Origin: Candidatus Latescibacterota bacterium
GTDB lineage: Bacteria; Latescibacterota; UBA2968
Reading direction: 5' to 3'
Assembly (NCBI GenBank): GCA_965205975.1
Contig: OZ242195.1
Span: 3,776,001 to 3,840,000, forward strand
DNA length: 64,000 bases
Under the pieces are notes generated by a model. It was not told where the DNA came from. It searched no databases and saw only the letters and a program-made list of their open reading frames with translations. The position numbers and the translations under genes were made by a program. Below are positions 42,953 to 53,563 of this stretch, in pieces; the stretch's first letter is position 1, and each line of letters starts with the position of its first letter.

Positions 42953-43810
42953 ATGTCCTCCTCCATTCACCATCTCCTCATTTGGGCCAGAGATATCCTC
43001 ATCAAAGCGGATGTCCCCAGTCCACAGGCAGATGCCGAATGGACACTCGCCCACGTGCTCGAATGCCCGCGTTCAGAACTGCTTATGCGGGCGCGCCAGC
43101 CGCTCACACCTGAACAAAACGCGACCTTTCGCAACTTGATACACCGCCGCGCCAATCGCATCCCCCTGCAACATCTCCTGGGCAACACCGAATTTTACAG
43201 CCTCCCCTTTTACACCTCGCCCGATGCCCTGATCCCCCGACCAGAAACAGAAACCCTCATCGAAATTGTCCTCGACCAATTAAAAAACATCACAAAACCC
43301 CGCATCCTCGACATTGGCACCGGATCGGGAATCATCGCCATTACCCTGAGCAAAGCACTCACAGGATCGCGTGTAATCGCCACAGACATATCGCGCAAAG
43401 CACTTTACCTCGCCAGCCAAAACGCCCGCCTCAACGGCGTTTCCGACCGCATTTCCTTTCTGCAAACCGACCTCCTCACACCCTTTACACCGCCAGAGGA
43501 CTTCAATGCCATTCTCTCCAACCCGCCCTATATTCCCAGCCGTGCAATCGACGCGCTACAACCCGAAGTCCGCGCCTGTGATCCTCACCTCGCCTTAGAT
43601 GGAGGCAGAGACGGCCTCGACTTCTATCGCAAAATCATTCCCACCAGTGTCCCCTTGCTCGCGCCGGACGGATTATTGGGTTTGGAAATCGGCCACGACC
43701 AGGCCCATGCCGTCACTCAACTCCTCGCGCGACAAAATGGCCTCACCCACATCGCTACCCACACCGACCTGAGTGGATATCCCCGCGCGGTACTCGCTCA
43801 AAGGCGGTGA
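42953..43810 (+). CDS. prmC: Release factor glutamine methyltransferase
   Basis: LIPRPETE, DIGTGSG, NPPY, ALDGG.DGL. Confidence 0.97.
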   Translation: MSSSIHHLLIWARDILIKADVPSPQADAEWTLAHVLECPRSELLMRARQPLTPEQNATFRNLIHRRANRIPLQHLLGNTEFYSLPFYTSPDALIPRPETETLIEIVLDQLKNITKPRILDIGTGSGIIAITLSKALTGSRVIATDISRKALYLASQNARLNGVSDRISFLQTDLLTPFTPPEDFNAILSNPPYIPSRAIDALQPEVRACDPHLALDGGRDGLDFYRKIIPTSVPLLAPDGLLGLEIGHDQAHAVTQLLARQNGLTHIATHTDLSGYPRAVLAQRR

Positions 43811-43915
43811 GACGTAAGACGTTAATGGCACGTCATCGCGGCATGGTGTTGAGCCGCGATCCAGTGGGGTGGTGTTGGGTGGTCCTCTTACATCTTACTT
43901 CTTACCTCTTACCTT
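43807..43915. repeat. Heptamers plus GATCGCGG hairpin plus inverted heptamers
   Basis: GTGAGAC GTAAGAC, hairpin 43832-43863, (CTTACNT)x4. Confidence 0.8.
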
Positions 43916-44016
43916 TTATTGACTTTTACGACCTTTTTTGTTAATTTCTCACGCCTTAAACCCATCGTTTCGTCGGTGGTTTACATTCGTTTGTCTCACC
44001 CCTTTATAAACGCGCC

Positions 44017-44985
44017 ATGTTAGACCAAATTTTCGCGCCCATCCAATATCAGATCGCACGCTTTGAAACCCGTCTCGAAGAGATCATGACGGCCTCTGAT
44101 GTCGGGGGCATACAAGAAATGGCCTATCACGTTGTTAAAAACAGGGGCAGGCGTTTTCGACCTGCTCTTGCATTCTTAACAGCGCAGGCCGTAGGCGAGT
44201 GTTCAGATGCGGTGATTGATGCTGCTGTAGGCGTTGAAATTATACAAACGGCATCGCTTATTCACGATGACGTAATCGACAATGCGGAAACGCGCCGGGG
44301 TGCCGACGTCTTACACTTCCAATGGGGCAACCGCGCAGCCATTTTGATGGGCGATTTTCTTTTTGCCAAATCAATGCAAGTACTCGTTGGCCTCAACTCC
44401 CTAAAGGTCATGGACGCCACGACCCACGCGATACAGCGCGTCGTCGAAGGAGAAATACTCGAGGGCGAAATGTCTTCTTCGGGCGAAGCGTTGCTCTATT
44501 TTCGCATGATCAACAAAAAAACGGCATCACTGCTCGCGCTGGCTTGCGAATTGGGTGCTATTTTGGGCAATGGATCGTCCAACCAGATCGCTCGCATGGC
44601 GTCTTTCGGCAGTGAAATCGGCGTCGCCTTCCAGATTACCGACGACGTCCTCGACCTGATGGGCAGTGCAAATAACATGGGCAAACCCACGGGAAACGAT
44701 CTTCGAGAAAAAAAATTGACCCTACCCTTAATTCGGGCACTGGCAAACTGCAAAAATGGCGAAGCTGCCCATATTCGCAGCAAAGTACTCAATGGCGTAG
44801 AAACCGACAGCGACTGGCGAGAAATCATGCGCTTTGTCCAGCGCTATCGGGGCGTAGAAGCCGCGCGAGAAGAAGCGCGTTCTTATGCACAATCCGCTCT
44901 CAAAAATCTGAATGCTCTACACACCTCCAGCGCGCGCGACGCGCTTGCACTGGCGGTTCAACACGTAGTTGAACGCGACCAGTGA
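44017..44985 (+). CDS. Polyprenyl diphosphate synthase
   Basis: HDDVID...RRG, KT, FQITDDVLD, GKP.G.DL. Confidence 0.93.
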   Translation: MLDQIFAPIQYQIARFETRLEEIMTASDVGGIQEMAYHVVKNRGRRFRPALAFLTAQAVGECSDAVIDAAVGVEIIQTASLIHDDVIDNAETRRGADVLHFQWGNRAAILMGDFLFAKSMQVLVGLNSLKVMDATTHAIQRVVEGEILEGEMSSSGEALLYFRMINKKTASLLALACELGAILGNGSSNQIARMASFGSEIGVAFQITDDVLDLMGSANNMGKPTGNDLREKKLTLPLIRALANCKNGEAAHIRSKVLNGVETDSDWREIMRFVQRYRGVEAAREEARSYAQSALKNLNALHTSSARDALALAVQHVVERDQ

Positions 44986-45014
44986 ATCACACCTAAACGG
45001 AGTAACTTTCTGCG

Positions 45015-47543
45015 ATGACCCGAGAATACTGGCGTTTGTTAATCATCTGTGCGACCATAGTACTCGCACTTTTTTATCTCTATCCCACCTACCAGTTTTA
45101 CTACACACATCTGGAAAATTTAGACCTGCGAGAGCGCGTAAAACAGCAAGCCATCAACCTGGGACTGGACTTGCAAGGGGGTATCCACCTCGTTCTCGAA
45201 GTGGATCAAACCAATCTCTCAGAAGATGAAAAAACAGACGTGGTTGCGCGCGCCCTCGAAATTATCCGCAATCGCATCGATCAATTTGGCGTCTCTGAAC
45301 CCATCATTCACCGCGAAGGCGATTGGCGCATCGTGGTCGAATTGCCAGGTGTACAAGACATCGAACGCGCCAAGGGCCTGATCGGCAAAACCGCGCGTCT
45401 CGAATTCAAAATCCTCAAATCCGACGCCGACCGCGCTGGCATAATCGAAAAAATTGACCGACACCTTGCCGCGCAGGCACCTGTTGACAGCGCGAAAGCC
45501 GAAGACCCGCTCCTCGGGCAAATAGCCGAAGACACCCCATCTCTCTCTCGCTATATGCTCTCTTCTCGGGGAGACTTCGTGGTGCCGGAAGACAATATAC
45601 TAACCGTACGAGAACTTCTGAATCGTCCAGACGTACAAAAACTCCTGCCACCCGACGCGCAATTCCTGTGGAATTCCAAAGACGAAGAAATGGGCGACGG
45701 ACAACGCTATCGCGCGCTCTACTATCTCAAAAGACGCGTAGAAATGACAGGTGAAATCCTCTCCGATGCCTCTGTTACAACCGGACAATCCTTTGAAAAC
45801 GCCGGTCAACCCATTGTCAACTTCACCACCACCAGCCAGGGCGTGCGCCTCTTTGGACGGGTCACGGGCGCCAACGTGGGCGAACGCATGGCCATCATTC
45901 TCGATGATCAGGTCTATTCCGCGCCCACAATCCGCTCCAAAATCAACCAGGGCTCGGGCATTATTGAAGGCACTGGCACCATTGACGAAGCCAAAGACCT
46001 CGCCATTGTCTTGCGTGCAGGTGCGCTACCCGCCGACGTCAATATCGTCGAAGACCGCACCGTGGGACCATCGCTTGGACGCGACTCCATAGAACAGGGC
46101 AGAAATGCAGCCCTCATCGGCCTCGTCATCGTCATCATTTTTATGGTCATCTACTACGGCTTTTCGGGTCTCGTCGCCGATCTTGCGCTCGTGCTCAACC
46201 TCGTCTTTGTCATGGCCATCCTCGCGGCATTTCAAGGCACGCTCACCCTGCCCGGCATAGCGGGTATTATTTTAACCATTGGTATGGCAGTAGATGCCAA
46301 CGTGCTGATTCTCGAACGCATCCGCGAGGAATTGCGCGCGGAAAAAACCCTGCGGGTAGCCATTGAAAATGGTTATGCGCGCGCCGTACAGACCATCGTC
46401 GATGCCAACGTAACCACCATCATCACCGCCATCGTGCTCTACCAATACGGCACCGGTCCCATCAAGGGCTTTGCACTCACCCTGATGATCGGTATCATCT
46501 CCTCGATGTTCACCGCCATCTTTGTCACGCGCACCATTTACGACACCATTGTCTCGCGCCAGGTCAATCCCCGCCTCAGCATTGGCAGGCTGCGGGTATT
46601 TGGCGACACCAGCATCAACTTTCTCGGGGTTCGACGGGGCGCTTTCATCTTGTCCGCTGTTCTCATCCTGTTCGGCCTGGGATCCACCATCACCAAAGGC
46701 GGTTATAACCTGGGCATCGACTTTGCCGGCGGCACATTGCTCGAATTGCACTTTGATCCCCCGGCCTCTGTCGGCGACATCCGCCAGTCCCTGGGCGACG
46801 TCCGCGTTGAGGACCAGATCATGGACTTGCGCAACAGCGAAATCAAAGAATTCGGCACGGTCAACGACATCCTCATTCGCGTGGAAGAAGAAGCCGAAGG
46901 CACGGCCATTGCAGACGCCATAAAAACCAGACTCAAATCCGATTTTGCCGGCAATATTCAAGACGAGACCGAATGGTTGCGGCGGCAGGAAGCCGTCGGG
47001 CCCAAAATAGGCGAAGAACTCAAGACCAATGCCGTATATGCCATCCTCGTCGCAATGATACTCATTATCATCTACGTGTGGTGGCGCTTCAGGCAAATTG
47101 AATTTGGGATCGCAGCCGTCATCGCCCTTTTCCACGACGTCATGATCACCCTCGGGATCTTTTCAGTCCTGAATTGGGAGATCTCCCTGGCCATTGTGGC
47201 GGCCCTGCTCACCATTGTGGGATACTCCCTCAACGATACAATTGTGGTCTATGACCGCATACGCGAAGACATCAAATTGTATCGCCGCGATACCTTTGGC
47301 AGCGTAATCAACCGCGCCATCAACGAGTGTCTCAACCGCACAGTACTCACCTCGGGCACCACCATGTTGGTCGTCCTCTCCCTCATCTTCCTGGGCGGAG
47401 AAGTAATCCGCGACTTTGCATTCGCCCTGCTCATCGGCGTTATCGTGGGAACCTACTCCTCGGCATTTGTCGCATCGCCCATCGTGGTCGAATGGCACAA
47501 CCGCCGGGAAGCAAAAGCGAGACAGGGACGGAGTGCGGCGTAG
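45015..47543 (+). CDS. secDF: Fused protein translocase SecDF
   Basis: LGLDLQGG, GPSLG, DANV..ERIREE, GIDFAGG, GYSLNDT..DRIRE. Confidence 0.97.
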   Translation: MTREYWRLLIICATIVLALFYLYPTYQFYYTHLENLDLRERVKQQAINLGLDLQGGIHLVLEVDQTNLSEDEKTDVVARALEIIRNRIDQFGVSEPIIHREGDWRIVVELPGVQDIERAKGLIGKTARLEFKILKSDADRAGIIEKIDRHLAAQAPVDSAKAEDPLLGQIAEDTPSLSRYMLSSRGDFVVPEDNILTVRELLNRPDVQKLLPPDAQFLWNSKDEEMGDGQRYRALYYLKRRVEMTGEILSDASVTTGQSFENAGQPIVNFTTTSQGVRLFGRVTGANVGERMAIILDDQVYSAPTIRSKINQGSGIIEGTGTIDEAKDLAIVLRAGALPADVNIVEDRTVGPSLGRDSIEQGRNAALIGLVIVIIFMVIYYGFSGLVADLALVLNLVFVMAILAAFQGTLTLPGIAGIILTIGMAVDANVLILERIREELRAEKTLRVAIENGYARAVQTIVDANVTTIITAIVLYQYGTGPIKGFALTLMIGIISSMFTAIFVTRTIYDTIVSRQVNPRLSIGRLRVFGDTSINFLGVRRGAFILSAVLILFGLGSTITKGGYNLGIDFAGGTLLELHFDPPASVGDIRQSLGDVRVEDQIMDLRNSEIKEFGTVNDILIRVEEEAEGTAIADAIKTRLKSDFAGNIQDETEWLRRQEAVGPKIGEELKTNAVYAILVAMILIIIYVWWRFRQIEFGIAAVIALFHDVMITLGIFSVLNWEISLAIVAALLTIVGYSLNDTIVVYDRIREDIKLYRRDTFGSVINRAINECLNRTVLTSGTTMLVVLSLIFLGGEVIRDFAFALLIGVIVGTYSSAFVASPIVVEWHNRREAKARQGRSAA

Positions 47544-47562
47544 GTTGAGCTAAATAAAATGA

Positions 47563-47603
47563 AAGAAGCACCTGATCAGATGAGTGATCGGGTGCTTCTT
47601 TTA
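47563..47603 (+). terminator. Intrinsic terminator after secDF
   Basis: AAGAAGCACCTGATCA...TGATCGGGTGCTTCTTT. Confidence 0.85.
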
Positions 47604-47724
47604 TACTGTCGATAAGAAAGCCGATTCAATATTGACTCGCAAACTATATTTTTTAAATTAATACAAACGTTCACATAGATCTCTTATGAAGTTAGCACAG
47701 TTCAACACCTGGAGGGATAACACA

Positions 47725-47973
47725 ATGGCAGCAAAAACACAGCACCGCATCTCAAAATTTGCCTGCCTGAGCAGCATGATCCTCTTGCTGACACTCATCT
47801 TCAGCGGATCTGCTTTTGCCCAATACACCTATACCTGGAAAACCGATACAACTTATTTTATATATCCTTATTTATCCACATACCCCCGTGTAATATCAAT
47901 AATCAACCCAATATCATACCGCGCATCCTCCACGGGTGTGCGGCACGGCTCGCCATCTGTAATACACGCGTGA
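47725..47973 (+). pseudogene. 5' remnant of a secreted-protein gene
   Basis: GGAGG RBS and clean signal peptide (AFA-Q), then the frame runs into the antisense gene. Confidence 0.5.
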
Positions 47974-48947
47974 AAATGCCGAAGCTCTCGCACAAACGGA
48001 CTCTCCCAATCAATCTCGGGACTGCGCGTACCGTGAGATCCATTGGCGTGAATTTCCAATACATCCAGCGTTGACAAAATCCCCCGTGCAAAACCCGTGG
48101 GATACGACAAAATAACGCGCTTATCGTCCTTGTGAACCTCGAGCGTCTCCTTAAAATGCCACAAATCGGGCAAATCGATCCACGTAGCCACACACCGCGC
48201 CCCCGATGCATATTGCAAAATCGTCGTCATCGCCCGCCCGCCTTGCCACACCTCGGTACTCACCACCCGAGTCGGATTGCCCAGCATCAGACGCAACCCG
48301 TACAAATCGTGAATCATACTCCCCGACAGCGTAAAAAACGCCCGCGCAGCATCATCTGACACATCGCCCACCGCCTGCTTCAAAGCCGCCTGCCGCGCTT
48401 TGTTTCTCTCAACTGCCGCTTCGGGCGGTAAATCGTCAAAATAGGTCAACTCAAACTGCTTCAAATGCAAATTATTATTCGGATGCAAATGATTCACCTG
48501 CACAAAACGCACATCGCCCGCATCTCCCACCTCCTCCCGCGCCAACTCATACGCCGGATCATAGACCTTCATATAACCCACCTGCCCCACCGTACCCGCT
48601 CGCTCCCTCGCGGCACATATCGCATCCACTTCCTCCAGCGAATAGCACATCGGCTTCTCAATAAACACATGCTTACCCGCCGCAAATGCCGCCACCGCCA
48701 GTTCCGTCTTTGGATCCGCATGGCACAAAATCACCGCATCCACATCCCGCGCCTGTAACAACTCATGCGGATCCGTCGTATAATTCGGCACGCCAAAAAC
48801 CTCTGCCAGCCACCGCGCCAACCCCGGCGAAATATCGCACACCCACGTCACTTCATAAAGCGCGTGCAAAATCCCCAAATTCGGCATATGCTGCACCTGT
48901 GCAATCGCCCCGCAACCAATAATCCCCATCCTGATTTTATCCATCAC
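47868..48947 (-). CDS. Gfo/Idh/MocA oxidoreductase
   Basis: GIIGCGAIA, GKHVFIEKP, IHD. Confidence 0.92.
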   Translation of the reverse strand: MMDKIRMGIIGCGAIAQVQHMPNLGILHALYEVTWVCDISPGLARWLAEVFGVPNYTTDPHELLQARDVDAVILCHADPKTELAVAAFAAGKHVFIEKPMCYSLEEVDAICAARERAGTVGQVGYMKVYDPAYELAREEVGDAGDVRFVQVNHLHPNNNLHLKQFELTYFDDLPPEAAVERNKARQAALKQAVGDVSDDAARAFFTLSGSMIHDLYGLRLMLGNPTRVVSTEVWQGGRAMTTILQYASGARCVATWIDLPDLWHFKETLEVHKDDKRVILSYPTGFARGILSTLDVLEIHANGSHGTRSPEIDWESPFVRELRHFHACITDGEPCRTPVEDARYDIGLIIDITRGYVDK

Positions 48948-49543
48948 ACCCTCCTGACCTTTATATTCTCCACCACAGCCGTAACCCCGGCAACCACACC
49001 TGTCCGAATCGTCTCCAGTGCCATACTCGGCTGCGACCTCCCCAGTTCCGTAACAAGCTCCGGCGTAGGCGGCACGTGAATAAAACCCGCGGGCAGATCA
49101 TCCTCAGCGACCAGATGCAACACAGAATACATAATATGATTGCACAAAAACGTACCCGCCGAATACGTCAACCGCGCCGGCACCCCAACATCCTCCATCC
49201 GCTCAACCATAGCCCGGGTCGGCAAAGAAGAAAAATAGGCATCCGGACCCCCTTCAACAATGGGATAATCGACCCCATCTATCACCTTCAGATTAATCCC
49301 AACGCGCTCGACATGGAGCGCAGACGCAGAACCGTGCAACCCCAAACACACCACCGCCACTGGCTCGTGTTCTACTATCAACTGGGCAACCCGATCAATA
49401 TCCGCACCGTGAACAACCGGCAACACAGCCGAAACAACCTCGCATCCACCAATCGAAATCCCATTCAGAGACTCAGCCACAGCACCCGAGGGATTGGACG
49501 ACCACTCTGCCCAGGGTTCAAAACCCGTCAGTAAAATCTTCAT
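48944..49543 (-). CDS. pcp: Pyroglutamyl-peptidase I
   Basis: LLTGFEP..NPS, ER..IN, AGTFLCN, GFIHVP. Confidence 0.95.
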   Translation of the reverse strand: MKILLTGFEPWAEWSSNPSGAVAESLNGISIGGCEVVSAVLPVVHGADIDRVAQLIVEHEPVAVVCLGLHGSASALHVERVGINLKVIDGVDYPIVEGGPDAYFSSLPTRAMVERMEDVGVPARLTYSAGTFLCNHIMYSVLHLVAEDDLPAGFIHVPPTPELVTELGRSQPSMALETIRTGVVAGVTAVVENIKVRRV

Positions 49544-51591
49544 GCGCCCTCCGCTGTAATACAAGAAACAATCCGCCCACCTGTGATCTCGACGCCCTCA
49601 CATTGAACAGCCTCAATCGCAACATCACCCTTATCCCAAATAACAGAACCCGTCCCCATAGCCTCGACATGCACCTCCCCCTCGGGCACCGTAAGCGTCA
49701 GAGATTCTGGCTCCACCCCGTAAAAAGCCGCCACATAGCGCTCAGTCTGAGAACATGCAAAAAGCCATGCGGGCTGTCTTCCGCAGATCAACCTGGCGTC
49801 TCCAACCGAGATTTCACCCGCACAACTCTGACGGGCAAAAGGCGACTCGAGCGGTGGCCAGCCCAGGACACCCTCCTGCGTCCAGCGATTCTGAAGAACC
49901 CAATTCAGCAAATCGATCTCAATACCCAGCGTCTGACCATCCCGAGCATATTCCACAGACCACGACCGCGTCTTCCCAGCATCATAAGTCACAGGCGGCG
50001 CAGCATCATCTCTCAGAGCACCACCAGCAACCGCCCGCACAAAAGACTGCACATCGGCATAATCCGAACGCTCAGCCATCTCCGCATAAAAACCGCACCG
50101 GGGCTTACCCTGATAAAAAGAACCCGGATGCCCCTGTTCCCAGAACGTCTTGGACGGACCCAGATAATTATATAGCTCAAAAAAAAGATGCGTATCGTAC
50201 GCCACCAGACGCAGAGGCGCATTCCGCCCCAAATCTGTACGCGCAAGCGGACGAATCGCAGAAAGAACCGGACCGACTGCAACACCAACCGTAGCACCTT
50301 CCGGAACATCGAACGGCAAACTCTCCACCTTCTCATCACCAACCCAAATCTCATCCACCAGCCCCCGATCGTGCCAGCACACAACGGCTTTGGCACTACT
50401 CCGCAGCGCCATCGCCCCCAGATCCTTCGGCGAATAGAGCACAATCGCCCGGGAACCATCCTGGACATTGTGACACTGACCCTCCTCAAAAAGAATCTGA
50501 TCATTGGACCGCGCGGGCGTTGACCGAAACGACCCGAGCCAGTGATCATCCAGCACATACCGGGAATAAATAACACCCGTTTGATCCGTACCCGTCTTGT
50601 GATGCGCGATAAAAACACTCGACTGCCCGATAATAAAGCGATTCGTCTGACTGCGAAGCTCCTGAGAAGAAACCCCCAGCGCAAACGAAGGACTGTGATA
50701 CGTGGAGATCCCCACGCCATTTTCCGAATCGGCAGTCTCCGAAAGAAAAAACGTCTCTGGACGGTAATCAACCGCATCGGACAGCCATGCAGGAATAATA
50801 CCCGCCTCAATAGACGCGCGAAAACCATCTATCTCCGGCGGCGACTGGCAAAAAAGCGCGTGCCGGTACGCCCGACTAAAAGGCCCTGCCCAGCGACCCG
50901 TAGGCGGATGAATATGCAGAGCTGCTGAAAGACCAATACGCGCGCACATCGCCCCGGCACCAATGCGCGTGGGCACGTGCTGCACCAGTTCGCCCAGCCG
51001 GTGCAAAACGCGCATCGCCACATTCGCATAATTCGGACTATTAAACTCGTACGCACACCCATTTCGGGTCGTAAAATCCATCCACGCCTGGAACTTCTCA
51101 TACCCTCGGCTTTTGAACGCCTCATCCCCGAGCAACTCCCCGCCCAAACACGTATTGGTAATATCCTTAATCACAATATTCGTATAGCGAAAATGAACAT
51201 CGATCCTCCGAACCTCCTCCAGCCCCAGGCGAATACTCTGTAGAACGCGCTCTTGCAAACCCGCAGAAAACGCATCCCCATAATTAATCATCAAAGGAAT
51301 AAGCTGAAAAAGACAAAACTGAACCGCATTTAAATCCTCCACCACCTCGTCCTCGCGCTCCCACAGAAAATTCCCCAAATGGGGATCGCCCTCGCGGGTC
51401 TCCTGGCATGCCAGCATCGCATCGAGAACCTTTTCAGCCAAATCGACATCCTCACGCGCACCATTCGCCAGAAGATCATTGGCAAACTCAGCCGCCTGAC
51501 GCGGCGCGTGGTACATCTTGCCCTCTTCCCAGCGAGACAGCATACAGGTATCGGGATTGAAATTCGAGGGAATTGAAAGAGGTTTGGACAT
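49540..51591 (-). CDS. Hypothetical protein, possibly polysaccharide-lyase-like fold
   Basis: 683-aa ORF coupled to pcp; YTNI, EFNSPNY, AGPFSRAY motifs; function inferred weakly. Confidence 0.65.
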   Translation of the reverse strand: MSKPLSIPSNFNPDTCMLSRWEEGKMYHAPRQAAEFANDLLANGAREDVDLAEKVLDAMLACQETREGDPHLGNFLWEREDEVVEDLNAVQFCLFQLIPLMINYGDAFSAGLQERVLQSIRLGLEEVRRIDVHFRYTNIVIKDITNTCLGGELLGDEAFKSRGYEKFQAWMDFTTRNGCAYEFNSPNYANVAMRVLHRLGELVQHVPTRIGAGAMCARIGLSAALHIHPPTGRWAGPFSRAYRHALFCQSPPEIDGFRASIEAGIIPAWLSDAVDYRPETFFLSETADSENGVGISTYHSPSFALGVSSQELRSQTNRFIIGQSSVFIAHHKTGTDQTGVIYSRYVLDDHWLGSFRSTPARSNDQILFEEGQCHNVQDGSRAIVLYSPKDLGAMALRSSAKAVVCWHDRGLVDEIWVGDEKVESLPFDVPEGATVGVAVGPVLSAIRPLARTDLGRNAPLRLVAYDTHLFFELYNYLGPSKTFWEQGHPGSFYQGKPRCGFYAEMAERSDYADVQSFVRAVAGGALRDDAAPPVTYDAGKTRSWSVEYARDGQTLGIEIDLLNWVLQNRWTQEGVLGWPPLESPFARQSCAGEISVGDARLICGRQPAWLFACSQTERYVAAFYGVEPESLTLTVPEGEVHVEAMGTGSVIWDKGDVAIEAVQCEGVEITGGRIVSCITAEGA

Positions 51592-51638
51592 AATGCACTC
51601 CGATAGTATTGACACTTCATTGAAAGTTATGTAAAATG

Positions 51639-51777
51639 CGGTAAGACGTAAAAGGTCAGCGGGCGGGCACGGGGGCACCGCCCCTACAAAACCTCTAGAT
51701 CGCGGTTCAACTTCACACCGCGATGACGATAGCAACCCACTGCCTCTTCATCTGTGTTCATCTGTGTTCATCTGTGG
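51639..51777. repeat. Mosaic repeat: heptamers, REP, GATCGCGG hairpin, decamer x3
   Basis: REP 51661-51687; hairpin 51696-51730; (TTCATCTGTG)x3 about 51747-51776. Confidence 0.8.
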
Positions 51778-51813
51778 TTGCTTTTATTTTCACCGCTTTT
51801 CCAGGAGCCGCCC

Positions 51814-52656
51814 ATGGCAACCGCCGAAACACCCATCGCGATGCACGAACCATCCCTCTACAAAACGACCAGACGGGCCGACTACCTCGACACCCTCGCC
51901 GACATCGACGACCGTCAAATCGCCCGATTCCACGAACAGGGATACCTCGCCATTCAACGGGCATTTACGCCACAACAAATCGAATCCGCGGGCCAGGCCA
52001 TGTGGGACCTCATCGACGGCAAGAGCCAAGACTTCAAAGGCATAATGGCCGAAGCCGCCAAACGCGGGCATTTTTCCGAACTCACAGGCAAAGCACGCCG
52101 CGACAGCGTGCGTAAAATCTGGAAATTCGTCGATCATGACACCCGGCTCAACGACCTCGCCCACGACCCCAACATCCTCTCCGTCCTCTCCCGCCTCATG
52201 AACGACACCCCCGTACTCTTTCAGGACATGGGACTGATCAAACCCCCGCACATAGGCCGCGAAAAACCCTGGCATCAGGACTGCGCCTATTTCAACTACC
52301 CCGTCGGCACCACCGTCGTCGGCGTATGGATCGCCATCGACGCCGCCACAGAAGAAAACGGATGCTTGCACATCATCCCCGGCTCACACCGCGAAGGACC
52401 CATCCCGCATTTCAGGCGGCGCGACTGGCAAATATGCGATACCGACGTCGCCGTACCCAGAAACGTCACCGTTCCCCTCGACCCCGGCGGATGCCTCTTC
52501 TGGCACGGCATGACCCATCACGGCAGCCCAACCAACCAATCCGCCCACCGCCGCAGAGCACTGCAATACCACTACCGCCCCGAAAGCACCATAGAAATGA
52601 CCGCAAAAGAACGCCTCGCCATCTACGGCGGCGACGAACTCGGCGTGACGTGCTGA
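51814..52656 (+). CDS. PhyH-family Fe/2-oxoglutarate dioxygenase
   Basis: WHQD, ENGCL..IPGSH, HGS..N.S..RR. Confidence 0.92.
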   Translation: MATAETPIAMHEPSLYKTTRRADYLDTLADIDDRQIARFHEQGYLAIQRAFTPQQIESAGQAMWDLIDGKSQDFKGIMAEAAKRGHFSELTGKARRDSVRKIWKFVDHDTRLNDLAHDPNILSVLSRLMNDTPVLFQDMGLIKPPHIGREKPWHQDCAYFNYPVGTTVVGVWIAIDAATEENGCLHIIPGSHREGPIPHFRRRDWQICDTDVAVPRNVTVPLDPGGCLFWHGMTHHGSPTNQSAHRRRALQYHYRPESTIEMTAKERLAIYGGDELGVTC

Positions 52657-52750
52657 AACAATTTTAGATATTGTTAAGATCAGTATTTTGGGTATATTTG
52701 ATTGTCCTCACCTTTCTCCCTGCGTCTAAGACGATAGGAGGATAACGCCC

Positions 52751-53560
52751 ATGCCAAATGCTACGTATCCTATTACGCTTAGAAATGCGACGCCAGAGAC
52801 TACCCCTTTGGGCGAATTGGCAAAACTGATTGAAAAATTAGATGTTGCCATCATTGAAACAGCTCGTGACCGCAACATAGAGTTGCCCGAAGATGAGGCT
52901 GTTGTCTCACTGGTAAACATTGAAAAGGGTAGCAATCGCCTCGTTTTTACTCTGGCACCTTTCATGTGGCCAATTCTCGCTGAATTAACCCATTCGATTG
53001 AAGAAGGAGATTTTGTCGCACTCCCCTCAAAAGCACATAATGCACTGTATGATATATCTCGTCAGGCAAAAAAACAACACTGGGACGTTTTGTTTCCAGA
53101 GCAACAGGGCCACAAGAACCAGGACCAGATGTATCATATTCAGAAAACCGAAATATCGACACAGCGACCAATAACGCCTCCAAAACCTCAATTCATTAAA
53201 GGCACAACCACGATTTTTGGTATGTGTGTGAGAGTTGGAGGAAAAACACCTAAGGTGGATCTATCATTGGCCAATCGCGATCGGTTGCTCCACTGTGAAA
53301 CGACCAGAGAGATTGCAGTTCGTTTGTCGCGTAGCCTCTATAAAAATGTCGCTTTATTCGGACAAGCTTTGTGGCATCCCGACACTTGGGAATTGGTCGA
53401 GTTCAAAGCTACAAAGATCGCCAATCAGGTATATGATGATTCACCTGTAAAAGCTCTTGAAGAAGTTTCTAAAGTCGTTGGCGATCAGTGGAAAGATGTT
53501 GATGTCGTGGAATTTGTCAATAATGTTCGTTCGGGTGATACGGGTCGGGATGGTGCTTAA
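52751..53560 (+). CDS. Hypothetical protein paired with PIN gene
   Basis: AGGAGG RBS; AT-rich; 3 nt before PIN gene. Confidence 0.75.
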   Translation: MPNATYPITLRNATPETTPLGELAKLIEKLDVAIIETARDRNIELPEDEAVVSLVNIEKGSNRLVFTLAPFMWPILAELTHSIEEGDFVALPSKAHNALYDISRQAKKQHWDVLFPEQQGHKNQDQMYHIQKTEISTQRPITPPKPQFIKGTTTIFGMCVRVGGKTPKVDLSLANRDRLLHCETTREIAVRLSRSLYKNVALFGQALWHPDTWELVEFKATKIANQVYDDSPVKALEEVSKVVGDQWKDVDVVEFVNNVRSGDTGRDGA

Positions 53561-53563
53561 ATT

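Noticed and set aside
51592..51735. N-terminal extensions of ORFs that run through repeats (also 21910, 42938, 51754)
   Set aside because: They translate intergenic repeat DNA; better starts exist downstream
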